Source: Nitrospirota bacterium (lineage in GTDB: Bacteria; Nitrospirota; Thermodesulfovibrionia; Thermodesulfovibrionales; Dissulfurispiraceae). From it: a stretch of 64,000 bases of DNA. Location of the stretch: contig JBFMCP010000001.1 of NCBI GenBank assembly GCA_040754455.1, positions 160,001 to 224,000 of the forward strand, given 5' to 3'. A program made the position numbers and the translations under genes. The notes below the pieces were generated by a model that searched no databases, was not told the origin of the DNA, and was given only the letters and a program-made list of their open reading frames with translations. Positions 29,663 through 38,911 of the stretch are shown here, piece by piece. The number at the start of each line of letters is the position of its first letter. Position 1 is the first letter of the stretch.

Positions 29663-30956
29663 AAAGATCGAGTTTGTAGGTGTTCCATTCGTTGCAGTTG
29701 AGGCATCTTCCCGACCAGCTGGGGGCTTTGAAGCCGCAGACCGAGCAACAGTAGGTATCGATAACGAATTTCCTTATACCGCAGGCGCGCCTGAACTCAT
29801 TCACCGCAGCAGAAACCTGATTTCTCTTCATGTACAGGTCGCCTTTCAGGCTGAAGAGCTCGGGAGGGGAAAAGATGCTTGTATCGATTGAGTTGAGCGT
29901 TGCAAGGGCATCATCGATCATCTCGAGCCGGTAGTAAAGCTTTCCGAGCAGGAACTTGAGCCCGCTGTCCTGGGGATTTCTGGAGACGGCGTTCTTGTAA
30001 AAGCGTATCAGCCTGCCTGGCTCACCGACACTGATGAGCAGGTCTTCGAGACGGGCGAGGAGGATGACGGAGTTTAACTGTTCATAGCTCTTTTCGAGGA
30101 AGTTGATGACCTCCTCCGTTTCTCCTTTGGTCAGGAGCACCTCGGCCATGCCGAGGTAGGCGGGGATAAAGGTGCTCTCCATTTTGAGCAGCGTCCTGAA
30201 GGCCTTTTCGGCTTTTTCGAGGTTGCCGTTCTCAAGGCTCGCACGGGCATATTCGTATTTATACCCCAGCAGGCGGTGCTCCTCTTTCTGCCGGTCCTTT
30301 TCATTCTGTTCAAGCTTGATAATCGCCTTCTGCAGTGAGAGCAGGTCGTCCCACTCCTCTTTTCTTTCGAGGAGCGCACGTTTGCGATAGAGTGCAGTGA
30401 GATTTTCGGCATCGATATCGAGGATGTCTTCAAGATATCTGAGGGCGTCCTCGTGCCGCTGCGTCCGCTCCATCACAAGCTCCAGCGAAAGGAGGGCCTG
30501 CAGATTTCTTGGATCGATATCGCGGGCCTTCTTATAGTACTCGAGGGCGGTCTTATAATCCTCGTTGTTGAGGGCGATATCCCCCATTCTGAGCAGCGCG
30601 TCGACGTATTCGGGATCTTCCTTCAGGATCCCCCCGAGTGCCTCCCGGGCGTCTTCGTCCTTGTTGCCCATGATCGCGTTGAGGGCCTTTGAATAGTAGG
30701 CATCGATGCGGGCGTCACGTTTCTGTTTTTTCTGGTACTGCATATTGTCGATAAGTCGTTTCGTGTCCCGGATGAAGAAGATGACAAGAATAAGGAGCGC
30801 TCCGACAGTCGTCGCGAGGAGCATGAGCGCGATCTTCGGGAGCTCGTAAAGGTTCCCGAAGGGGACTTTCACGGTCACCATCCCTTTATTTTCCATAGCG
30901 AAGAGGCCGAGAGCTGCAAGAAAGATCAGGAATATAAGGATTGCCAGCTTTCCCAT
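29643..30956 (-). CDS. lapB: LapA-like membrane domain fused to LapB-like TPR/rubredoxin protein
   Basis: Two N-terminal TM helices, TPR array, C-terminal YCCSVCG...W..RC..C..W. Confidence 0.75.
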   Translation of the reverse strand: MGKLAILIFLIFLAALGLFAMENKGMVTVKVPFGNLYELPKIALMLLATTVGALLILVIFFIRDTKRLIDNMQYQKKQKRDARIDAYYSKALNAIMGNKDEDAREALGGILKEDPEYVDALLRMGDIALNNEDYKTALEYYKKARDIDPRNLQALLSLELVMERTQRHEDALRYLEDILDIDAENLTALYRKRALLERKEEWDDLLSLQKAIIKLEQNEKDRQKEEHRLLGYKYEYARASLENGNLEKAEKAFRTLLKMESTFIPAYLGMAEVLLTKGETEEVINFLEKSYEQLNSVILLARLEDLLISVGEPGRLIRFYKNAVSRNPQDSGLKFLLGKLYYRLEMIDDALATLNSIDTSIFSPPELFSLKGDLYMKRNQVSAAVNEFRRACGIRKFVIDTYCCSVCGFKAPSWSGRCLNCNEWNTYKLDLYESCKA

Positions 30957-31393
30957 CAGTGGTGATACCCCCTTCCTTCGCGTATCATCAGCGACCGGTA
31001 GAGCTGCTCAAGAAAAATGAGCCGTGCCATCTCGTGGGTAAAGGTCATTTTTGAGAGTGCGATGATATCTGCTGCGTTGTCCCGTACCTCGTCGGAAACG
31101 CCGTAGGGCCCTCCGATAACAAATTCCATTTTGGTCCTGTCCTTAAAAAGGCCGGCAAATTCCACCGAGGTAAATTCCCTTCCCCTCTGGTCGAGCAGGA
31201 TATACGAGTCTGCCTGTTTCACTATCTTTCTGCCTTCTGCCGAAAGGGAACTCTCCACGCTCTTCCCCTTTTCCTCTTTTATTTCCACAACCGAGATATC
31301 CGCCATGGGACGCAGCCGCTTGAGGTAGTGCTCAATCCCCTCGCTGAGATACCGCTCTCTTGTCTTCCCTACCCAGAGGATCCGTATCCTCAT
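30956..31393 (-). CDS. rlmH: 23S rRNA m3Psi1915 methyltransferase
   Basis: FVIGGPYG, LSKMTFTHEMARLIFLEQLYR, GYHH. Confidence 0.95.
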   Translation of the reverse strand: MRIRILWVGKTRERYLSEGIEHYLKRLRPMADISVVEIKEEKGKSVESSLSAEGRKIVKQADSYILLDQRGREFTSVEFAGLFKDRTKMEFVIGGPYGVSDEVRDNAADIIALSKMTFTHEMARLIFLEQLYRSLMIREGRGYHH

Positions 31394-31458
31394 GGCAAGT
31401 TAGAGGGAGGAACTAAGAAGTGAGAAGTATAAACTCAAATACTTTCTTTTTGTTTTTC

Positions 31459-31833
31459 TCACTTCTCACTTTTCACGTGTAACTTCTTACTTTCCTCTAT
31501 CGGTATGCGCGGTGCATCCAACCAGAATTTTTCGAGCTCGTAGAACGCCCTGGTTTCCTCTTCGAAGACATGGACGATAACATCGCCGTAATCCATAAGA
31601 ATCCAGTGGGCATACTCTGCCCCCTCGATGCCCTGCGGCTTTATCCCCTGCTGGCGCAATACCTCTTCTATATGATCGGCGATTGCTTTAACTTGCGTAG
31701 TGCTCTCACCTGAGCAGATGACGAAATAGTCGGCGATGACCGTGAGCCCTTTTAATTCGAGGATGAGCGTTTCCGTCGCTTTTTTGTCAAGGGCGGCGTT
31801 GGCGACCTTTATCGCTTTTGTCTTGCTTTCTAT
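31459..31833 (-). CDS. rsfS: Ribosome silencing factor, probable AUA start
   Basis: (M)ESKTKAIKVANAALDKKA...IADYFVICSGESTTQVKAIAD...WILMDYGDVIVHVF...FYELEKFW; AGGAG 8 nt before ATA. Confidence 0.9.
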   Translation of the reverse strand: MESKTKAIKVANAALDKKATETLILELKGLTVIADYFVICSGESTTQVKAIADHIEEVLRQQGIKPQGIEGAEYAHWILMDYGDVIVHVFEEETRAFYELEKFWLDAPRIPIEESKKLHVKSEK

Positions 31834-31895
31834 GGGAAATACTCCTTTCTCTGCTGCTTATTATAGCAGAATTCAAAAGCGGAGAGTACAATTAA

Positions 31896-31930
31896 AAATC
31901 CGAAATCCCAAACTCGAAATTCTAAATAAC
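31896..31930 (+). repeat. Tandem heptamer array (AAATYCN)
   Basis: AAATCCG AAATCCC AAACTCG AAATTCT AAATAAC. Confidence 0.7.
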
Positions 31931-31937
31931 ACAAGGG

Positions 31938-32097
31938 AGGCGAGAATGGGTGCGGCAAGTAGCTTTTGAGCGCTTCCTTATACTTCCACTAAGGTTTCAA
32001 ACCCTTAATAACAGCACCTGTTTAATGGAGGAGTGTTGCATTTCTGTTTATAATAAATGCGCATTGAGAAAGTTTCTTGTAGTACCCGTTCCCGCCT
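31938..32097 (+). repeat. ~155-nt structured intergenic element, copy A (most diverged)
   Basis: AGGCGAGAATGGGTGC...GTACCCGTTCCCGCCT; homologous to 43836-43990 and to the reverse complement of 56654-56809. Confidence 0.8.
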
Positions 32098-32134
32098 TTA
32101 GCTCAAATGCGTAACACCAAATTGGATTTTAAAA

Positions 32135-32458
32135 TTATACGGAGATGATATAGATTCCCACTCCCGCCAGCAGCGCTGCAGTGACAAAAAGAAAAAACTG
32201 CAAAGCTCTCAGCAGCAATGGTCCCCGGACATATTCGACAGCTATTCCCCACATGCCGTTGAATCCATGGTATATTGCCGAGATAAGGAATACTGTATCA
32301 AAAGTCTTCCAGAAGGGGTTTGAAAGTCTTCTCATGACAACCTCGTGGCTGATCTGTTCAGGGCCGCTGTAGTGCATGATGATAAAATGGAGGGCAAGCC
32401 CTGCAACGAGAAAGACGCCGGTGATCCTCTGGAAAAGCCATCCCCAGACCCCTTTCAA
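32135..32458 (-). CDS. sdhD: Succinate dehydrogenase hydrophobic anchor subunit
   Basis: TTG start overlapping the sdhC stop; WLFQRITG, HF, YHGFNG...EY. Confidence 0.85.
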   Translation of the reverse strand: MKGVWGWLFQRITGVFLVAGLALHFIIMHYSGPEQISHEVVMRRLSNPFWKTFDTVFLISAIYHGFNGMWGIAVEYVRGPLLLRALQFFLFVTAALLAGVGIYIISV

Positions 32459-32799
32459 TGCGCACCCCCGATGAACGGCACTGCCCCGAACACCGAGAGC
32501 AGGCCGCCGATAATGACCGCCGCCCAGAACAACTTCTTCTGAAACGCGGTCGGGACGCCGAGGTCGAGAAGCACCAAGCGGGTGCCGTTTGCAGCGTGGG
32601 CAACCACCAGGGCGAGGAGACCGACTTCGCTGAGTCTTACGAGAGGGTGCTTCATGAGGCTCGTGATCGCCATGTATGCAGCCGGATCTTTGAGGTGGCT
32701 CAAGACATAGAGATGGACGAAAAGGTACAGCGTCAACAGCACACCGGTGATCCGGTGGATGAGCCATGCCACTGAGCCTGTCTGCAATGCGTACCGCAT
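32455..32799 (-). CDS. sdhC: Succinate dehydrogenase cytochrome b556 subunit
   Basis: WLIHRITG, HAANGTR...D. Confidence 0.88.
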   Translation of the reverse strand: MRYALQTGSVAWLIHRITGVLLTLYLFVHLYVLSHLKDPAAYMAITSLMKHPLVRLSEVGLLALVVAHAANGTRLVLLDLGVPTAFQKKLFWAAVIIGGLLSVFGAVPFIGGAH

Positions 32800-33443
32800 C
32801 AGCCCTTCCTCACCTTTACGCCTTTGTATTTTTTCTCAAGCTCCGACCTGAGCCCGATAAAACTTCCCTTACCTTTCGTCCTGATCACGATATTCCGGCA
32901 TCCATCCTCGACTCCCTCATAGGAAGTGAGAATGCTCTGCATGCTGAAGCCGTATTTTCTGATGATATCCGCCACCTCTTTTATTGAGCCGGGCCTGTCC
33001 TCGATGGAGAGGTATACCCTGTTGCCGCCATGGCGCACGCCGGTGATATCGATGAGGGCATGGAAGATGTCCCGGTCTGATATGATCCCTACAAGCCTCC
33101 CGTTTTCCACAACCGGTAAACACCCTATCATCCTGTCGTAGAGGACCATCGCCGCCTCTTCAACGGGGGTCTCGGGGGTGGTAGTTATCACTTTGGTCTT
33201 CATGATGTCTTTGACCTTTGCTTTAGCGAGGATATAGTGGAGCTCATAGATATCGAGGGTGGTCGCTGACGATGGGGTGAACTCCTTTATGTCCCTGTCC
33301 GATACCATTCCCTTTATCTTGCCCTCTTTAAGCACAGGGAGGTGCTTGATCTTTCTTTCCTTCATCATCCTTACCGCATCTGAAATGCTGTCATCAGGAC
33401 TAACGGTATAGACCTTCTTTGTCATCCAGTCCGAGACGAACAT
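32799..33443 (-). CDS. CBS-pair plus ACT domain protein (AcuB-like)
   Basis: Two CBS domains, then EDRPGSIKEVADII ACT domain. Confidence 0.88.
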   Translation of the reverse strand: MFVSDWMTKKVYTVSPDDSISDAVRMMKERKIKHLPVLKEGKIKGMVSDRDIKEFTPSSATTLDIYELHYILAKAKVKDIMKTKVITTTPETPVEEAAMVLYDRMIGCLPVVENGRLVGIISDRDIFHALIDITGVRHGGNRVYLSIEDRPGSIKEVADIIRKYGFSMQSILTSYEGVEDGCRNIVIRTKGKGSFIGLRSELEKKYKGVKVRKG

Positions 33444-33461
33444 AATCCACCTCCTAAGGTA

Positions 33462-33530
33462 AAATCCTAAATCCGAATTCCTAAATCAGAAACAAAAAGT
33501 CTAGAATTTCGTGCTTAGGATTTCGGATTT
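33462..33530. repeat. Inverted pair of heptamer arrays
   Basis: AAATCCT AAATCCG AATTCCT AAATCAG ... AGAATTT CGTGCTT AGGATTT CGGATTT. Confidence 0.75.
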
Positions 33531-33537
33531 ACAGAAG

Positions 33538-34242
33538 TTATACTCCTAAGTATGCCTTTCTCACATGCTCGTCGCCGAGCAGTGATGCGCCGGTCCCTTG
33601 CAGCACGATCTTGCCGCTTTCGAGGACATAGGCCCTGTCGGCTATGGAGAGGGTCTGCTTCACATTCTGCTCCACAATGAGGACCGTCGTACCCTCTTCT
33701 CTGATCCTGGTGATCACATTGAATATCTCCCTGACCAGAATAGGCGCGAGACCGAGCGAGGGCTCGTCAAACATCAAGAGCTTCGGCTTCGACATCAGCC
33801 CTCTGCCTACGGCAAGCATCTGCTGCTCGCCGCCGCTCAGTGTGCCTGCAAGCTGCTTCTGCCGCTCCTTAAGCCGTGGAAACAATCCGAACACCATCTC
33901 CTTCGTCTTTTCCCGTTCTTTTTTCGCCTCACCCTTAAGCGAACCCATCTCGAGGTTCTCCTCAACCGTCATCTCGACGAAAAGCCTCCGCGCTTCGGGG
34001 ACATGGGCAATGCCGTATTCGATGAGCTTGAAGGGCGGAGCAATGTGGAGCGGCATGCCGTTGAACATAATTTCACCGGGCCGGGGCCTGAGGATTCCCG
34101 ATATCGTTTTGAGGATAGTCGATTTCCCCGCTCCGTTCGCGCCGACAAGGGCGACGATCTCTCCCTGCTTCACCTCAAAAGAGACATTCCAGATGACCTG
34201 GACATCTCCATAGGAAACATTAATACCTTTGATCTCAAGCAT
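33538..34242 (-). CDS. livF: HAAT-family ABC ATP-binding protein
   Basis: GANGAGKS, LSGGEQQM, DEPSLGLAP. Confidence 0.92.
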   Translation of the reverse strand: MLEIKGINVSYGDVQVIWNVSFEVKQGEIVALVGANGAGKSTILKTISGILRPRPGEIMFNGMPLHIAPPFKLIEYGIAHVPEARRLFVEMTVEENLEMGSLKGEAKKEREKTKEMVFGLFPRLKERQKQLAGTLSGGEQQMLAVGRGLMSKPKLLMFDEPSLGLAPILVREIFNVITRIREEGTTVLIVEQNVKQTLSIADRAYVLESGKIVLQGTGASLLGDEHVRKAYLGV

Positions 34243-34957
34243 GCTGCGCCTCTCCCAGATACGCCTCTATAACGAGCGGATTGTTGCCTATTTCATGGGG
34301 TGTCCCCTCGGCGATCTTCTCGCCGTAATTCAGGACAACGATACGGTCAGAAATCGACATGATGACCTTCATATGGTGCTCGATAATCATGATCGTTATC
34401 CCCTTTTCCTTGATCTTTTTGATGATCTCGATCGATTCGTTCAGCTCCGAGGGGTTCAGTCCTGCAAAGGATTCGTCCAGCAGGAGCATTTCAGGGTTCG
34501 TCGCAAGGGCCCGGGCGATTTCGAGGCGCTTTCTCTTTCCAAGAGGGAGTCCTTTTGAAATCACCATCCGGTCATCATAGAGCGCGGTAAATTTCAGCGT
34601 CTCGATGGCGACCGCCTCTGCCTGAGCCTTGCTCTTTGCCCTGAGGAAAGCGGAGGCAATGACATTGTCGAGCACCGTCATCCGCTGCAGCGGCTTGACT
34701 ACCTGGAAGGTCCGGGCAATACCGCGCCGGCAGATCTGGTGGGGTTTCAACCCGGAGATCCTTTCACCCCTAAATATCACTTCACCTTTTGAGGGCTGGT
34801 AAAAGCCGTTGGCGACATTGAAGAGCGTCGTCTTACCCGCACCGTTCGGCCCGATGAGACCGAGTATCTCTCCCTTGTTGACCGAAAAGGAAACCCCATT
34901 GATAGCGGCGAGGCCGCCGAAGAACATCGAGACATTGTTCACTTCGAGCAAGCTCAT
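34235..34957 (-). CDS. livG: HAAT-family ABC ATP-binding protein
   Basis: GPNGAGKT, IARTFQ, EAYLG. Confidence 0.92.
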   Translation of the reverse strand: MSLLEVNNVSMFFGGLAAINGVSFSVNKGEILGLIGPNGAGKTTLFNVANGFYQPSKGEVIFRGERISGLKPHQICRRGIARTFQVVKPLQRMTVLDNVIASAFLRAKSKAQAEAVAIETLKFTALYDDRMVISKGLPLGKRKRLEIARALATNPEMLLLDESFAGLNPSELNESIEIIKKIKEKGITIMIIEHHMKVIMSISDRIVVLNYGEKIAEGTPHEIGNNPLVIEAYLGEAQHA

Positions 34958-35895
34958 GATGAGGCCCTCCCGAGTTTGAACAGCTTTTTCAGTTTGCCAA
35001 AGTCTCCGGTAATGCCGTTGGGAAGGAAAATGATGATGACGATGAGGAGCACGCCGAACAAGGTCTGGTGTGCCGCACCGAGCTGGGGTATGGAGCGGAC
35101 CACCTCGGCAAGGAGTACCATGATCACCGCACCGACCACAGGACCCCAGAAGGTCGCCACACCGCCGACCATGACGACCATGATCGTCACGATCGAGATA
35201 TCATGCAGGGCAAAGGCGATCTTCGGATCGATATAGCCCATGTAGTTGGTATAGAACGCGCCGGCAACGCCGGTGAGCACTGCACTCAGGCAGAGCGCCA
35301 CCGTTTTGTAAAAGGTCGTATTGATGCCCAGGGACTCCGCTGCGTCCTGGTCCTCCCTGATCGCAACAAAGTAATATCCCAGTTTGGACTCGATCACCTT
35401 CTTTACGAGAAAGAAGGTCACCGCCGCAATGGCAAGAATAATGTAGTAGTACGGCATCTTGTCGACCCATGTCCGCTGCTGGATCAGTATGCCGAGATCC
35501 CCCTGGGTAAAACCGACCAGATTCTCCGACGCCACTCTCAGCACCTCTCCCATTGAGAGCGTTGCGAGGGCGAAGTAGGGGCCGCGGAGCCGCAGCACGA
35601 TAAAGCCTATCACAAGCGAAACAAGCGCAACGGCAAGAACGCTCAACGGCAACCCCCACCAGGGGGAGGCGCCGAAATGATGATAGAGCATGCCCGCAGT
35701 ATAGGCGCCCACACCGAAAAACGCTGCATGGCCAAAGGAGACCTGGCCGCAGTAGCCGCCGAGAAGGTTCCATGCCATGCCGATGACGGACCACATGATG
35801 AAGATGATAAGGATGTGCATCAGATAACTGCTCAGTCCGAGAAGCGGCGCGAGGGCAAGGACGGCAAGTATGATGAGCGGCAGAAAATTTTTCAT
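34954..35895 (-). CDS. livM: HAAT-family ABC permease
   Basis: WNLLGGYCGQVSFGHAAFFG, LRGPYFALATL; ATG 35895 overlaps the livH stop. Confidence 0.9.
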   Translation of the reverse strand: MKNFLPLIILAVLALAPLLGLSSYLMHILIIFIMWSVIGMAWNLLGGYCGQVSFGHAAFFGVGAYTAGMLYHHFGASPWWGLPLSVLAVALVSLVIGFIVLRLRGPYFALATLSMGEVLRVASENLVGFTQGDLGILIQQRTWVDKMPYYYIILAIAAVTFFLVKKVIESKLGYYFVAIREDQDAAESLGINTTFYKTVALCLSAVLTGVAGAFYTNYMGYIDPKIAFALHDISIVTIMVVMVGGVATFWGPVVGAVIMVLLAEVVRSIPQLGAAHQTLFGVLLIVIIIFLPNGITGDFGKLKKLFKLGRASS

Positions 35896-36821
35896 CGCCC
35901 CAACCTCTTCTTTCTGAGCAGCGAGGCGACGCCGCCGGGGAGGAAGATCAGAGCCGCCACAAAAATGACGAACCTTCCCACCGGCGCCCATCCCATGCCC
36001 ATATAAGTGGCGGTCATGGATTCGAAGATGCCGAGGATCAGGCCGCCGATGATCGCCCCAACCGTCGAGCCCAGGCCGCCGAGAATGGTGATAACGAAGG
36101 CGATGAGGGTGAACTGCCCGCCCAGCGCAGGATAGAGATAATAGATCGGAATAAAGAGGCATCCGGCAGCGCCCACCAGTCCGGCGCCAAGGCCGAAGCT
36201 GAGCATTCTCATCCTGTTCACATTTACGCCCATGAGCAGCGCTGCGTGGAGGTCCTGCGCCGTTGCCCTAACCGATTTGCCCGTGTCGGTCTTGGTCAGG
36301 AAGAACCACAGCAGCGCGGTAATGATCAGCGCAATGAGAAACGACACGGACCAGGGGAACGAGAGCGACAGCTCTATCGGCGCATCCTTCCAGTAATCGG
36401 TCAGGTAAAATGCCTTCGAGGCATAATCAACCGGGACCGAACGGTAATCGGACTTGAAGAAGAGTGTGGCCATATTGGCCAGCACCATGCCGATACCGAC
36501 GGTGAGGATTACCTGGTTTTCAGGAAGGATCGAGTCCACCTTGAGCACCGGTGTAATGAGAAATTTCTGAAGGCCGACGCCCAGGAGAAACAGCACAGGC
36601 GCGGCAACAAAGACCGAGAGATACGGGTCGATATGGAAGAGCGCAAAGAGCCAGTAGGCGATATACATGGCCACCATCATGAGCTCGCCGTGGGCGAGGT
36701 TGATGATCTTCATCACACCCATGATGATGGTCATGCCGATACCGATGAGGGCATAGAGGCCGCCCAACAAGAGACCGGCGATGAGTGTCTGCAAGAGGAC
36801 TTCGACCTGTGCTGCGGACAT
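35892..36821 (-). CDS. livH: HAAT-family ABC permease
   Basis: GVMKIINLAHGE, GKSVRATAQD, ILGGLGS. Confidence 0.9.
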   Translation of the reverse strand: MSAAQVEVLLQTLIAGLLLGGLYALIGIGMTIIMGVMKIINLAHGELMMVAMYIAYWLFALFHIDPYLSVFVAAPVLFLLGVGLQKFLITPVLKVDSILPENQVILTVGIGMVLANMATLFFKSDYRSVPVDYASKAFYLTDYWKDAPIELSLSFPWSVSFLIALIITALLWFFLTKTDTGKSVRATAQDLHAALLMGVNVNRMRMLSFGLGAGLVGAAGCLFIPIYYLYPALGGQFTLIAFVITILGGLGSTVGAIIGGLILGIFESMTATYMGMGWAPVGRFVIFVAALIFLPGGVASLLRKKRLGR

Positions 36822-36843
36822 CGCTACACTCCCCGATCATTCC

Positions 36844-36875
36844 TGCAGCGCCCTCCTGCAAAAGAGGGCACTGCA
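36844..36875 (-). terminator. Stem-loop between the binding-protein and permease genes
   Basis: TGCAGTGCCCTC-N8-GAGGGCGCTGCA on the minus strand. Confidence 0.55.
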
Positions 36876-36905
36876 TTGTTTAATGTATATGGGAAACGCA
36901 TAAAA

Positions 36906-38096
36906 CTATCTTCTCTCTCTCCATTTCGGTATGGGATACACATATTTCTGGCTCGCGTATTTGAGCGGCCATATGGTCTCGTGGTTGCCCTTGATCACCT
37001 GCAGCACGAGGGTATCCATGAAGTTCTGGTTCTGGTACCCTTCTTTGTCCTCGAATTTGACAGGACCGAAGGCGGTCGTCATGTTGGTGGCCTTCATCGC
37101 AGCGCGAATGTCTTCGGGTTTCATGCTCTTGGCCCGCTCAATGGCATTCTTGATGATATACAGCGCGGAGTACGCTTCAGCACCGTGATAGGATGGGTAG
37201 TCGCCGTAAAGCTTCTTATACTTTTCGGCAAACTCCTTTGCTCCCGGATATTTAACCTGCGGACTCCAGAGGGTTGCGGTCACCACGTATTCAGAGGCGT
37301 CTTTCGCGTTATCGACAAACTCGGGAAGCGCGAATCCCGCGGCGCCGCCCGCAAAAAGCTTGGCATCGATTCTGAGCTCCTTGATCTGCCGCATGAGCAG
37401 CGCCGCATCCATAACGTAGGACACCATATAGATGACATCAGGGTTGGCGGCCTTCACCTTCGAAAGGATAGGTTTAAAGTCCACCGCTCCCTTTTCGTAT
37501 TTCTCTTTTACGAGCACCTTCATGCCCGATCTCCCGGCCTGCTTCACCATATCCTCTGCACCGGAAGTGCCGAAGTCGGAACTCTCGTACACAATAGCAA
37601 TAGATTTCGGCTTGACCACTTCCTTGAGGAACGACATAAGGCCGCTTGCATAGTAGGCGTTCGACGGATTCATGCGGAAGACATATTTATATTTCTGCTG
37701 GGTAATGTCATCAGCCGCACCGGTAACAACGAGATAGGGGACTTTTCTTTCTTCAGCAACTGCCGCGATCGCCTTGGAGCTGGATGAGCTGTAGTCGCCG
37801 AAAATGACGGGCTGCTTTTTGACATCAATGACCTTCTCTGCAATGGCCCGCGAGATTTCGGGTTTGCCCTGGGAGTCCTCGAATTCAAGGATGACTTTTC
37901 TACCCTTGATACCGCCTTTGGCGTTGATCTCATCCTTGGCGATCTCGTACGATCTCTTTTCCATCTCACCGAACTTCGCCTGCGAGCCGGTGAGGGGAAG
38001 AGGGATAATAAGAGTCAGGGGCTCTGCTGCATACGCACCTGCAACAGCAAGACTCAAGAGAAATGCCAGCGCCATCACTAATGAAAACCGTTTCAT
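36906..38096 (-). CDS. LivK-type ABC substrate-binding protein
   Basis: Signal peptide MKRFSL..., PLTG, EINAKGGIKG, YVFR; AAGGAGG RBS. Confidence 0.9.
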   Translation of the reverse strand: MKRFSLVMALAFLLSLAVAGAYAAEPLTLIIPLPLTGSQAKFGEMEKRSYEIAKDEINAKGGIKGRKVILEFEDSQGKPEISRAIAEKVIDVKKQPVIFGDYSSSSSKAIAAVAEERKVPYLVVTGAADDITQQKYKYVFRMNPSNAYYASGLMSFLKEVVKPKSIAIVYESSDFGTSGAEDMVKQAGRSGMKVLVKEKYEKGAVDFKPILSKVKAANPDVIYMVSYVMDAALLMRQIKELRIDAKLFAGGAAGFALPEFVDNAKDASEYVVTATLWSPQVKYPGAKEFAEKYKKLYGDYPSYHGAEAYSALYIIKNAIERAKSMKPEDIRAAMKATNMTTAFGPVKFEDKEGYQNQNFMDTLVLQVIKGNHETIWPLKYASQKYVYPIPKWRERR

Positions 38097-38128
38097 CTCG
38101 TCCTCCTTGTATGATGTTTTACTGAATA

Positions 38129-38902
38129 CTATCGCACCTTCTTCTTCACTGCCAGTTGTTTCAGCTTGATGATATGTTTCGTGATATCGATCTCTTTGGG
38201 GCATACCTCGACGCAATTGTAAATGGAGTGGCACCGCCAGAGTCCGTGCATCTGGGTAACGCTCTTGAGCCGCTCGTCCGTTGCCCTGTCTCTCGTATCG
38301 AAAATAAACCGGTACGCCTTGAGCATGGCAGAAGGGCCGAGATACTCCTTATCCGCCCAGAAGCTCGGGCACGAGGTAGTGCAGGAGCCGCACATAATGC
38401 AGGTGATGGATTGGAGTATCTTCTGCTGGTCCTCGGGGCTCTGCAGCCGCTCACGCTCCGGAGGCGTCTCTTTGTTAATAAGATAGGGCAGTATCTTCTG
38501 GTTCTTTGCAAAAAAAGGCTCCATGTCGACCACAAGGTCCTTTATGACCGGCAGCGCCGGAAGAGGCTCGAGCACGATCATTCCGATGCGCTCTCGAATA
38601 TCCCTGTCAGCAGCCCTCTTATGTCCGCACCGGGACGAAGAGGGATAGAAGAGCGGGACATCCTTAATGAGCGTCTGACAGGCAAGGCCGTTCTTGCCGT
38701 TGATCTTCATAGCGCAGGAACCGCAGACCCCGTGCGCACAGGAACGGCGGAAGGTCAGACTGCCGTCCAGTTCATCCTTGATTTTGATCAGTCCGTCGAG
38801 TACCCGCTGCGTCGGGACCATCTCGACACAGAAGTCCTCCCACCGCGGCGCAGTATCCTTTTCCGGATCGACCCTTTTTATTCTGAAAATATATTTCTCC
38901 AC
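38129..38902 (-). CDS. sdhB: Succinate dehydrogenase/fumarate reductase iron-sulfur subunit
   Basis: SCAHGVCGSC, CIMCGSCTTSCP, CHSIYNCVEVCP. Confidence 0.93.
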   Translation of the reverse strand: MEKYIFRIKRVDPEKDTAPRWEDFCVEMVPTQRVLDGLIKIKDELDGSLTFRRSCAHGVCGSCAMKINGKNGLACQTLIKDVPLFYPSSSRCGHKRAADRDIRERIGMIVLEPLPALPVIKDLVVDMEPFFAKNQKILPYLINKETPPERERLQSPEDQQKILQSITCIMCGSCTTSCPSFWADKEYLGPSAMLKAYRFIFDTRDRATDERLKSVTQMHGLWRCHSIYNCVEVCPKEIDITKHIIKLKQLAVKKKVR

Positions 38903-38911
38903 AAGGCTCCT

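Noticed and set aside
31938..32097. 6S RNA identity for the rod element
   Set aside because: Three diverged dispersed copies with terminal-repeat-like flanks and no large central bubble; not excluded without an Rfam scan
31896..33530. Short repeats considered as a CRISPR array
   Set aside because: 7-nt tandem units without unique spacers; no cas genes in the window
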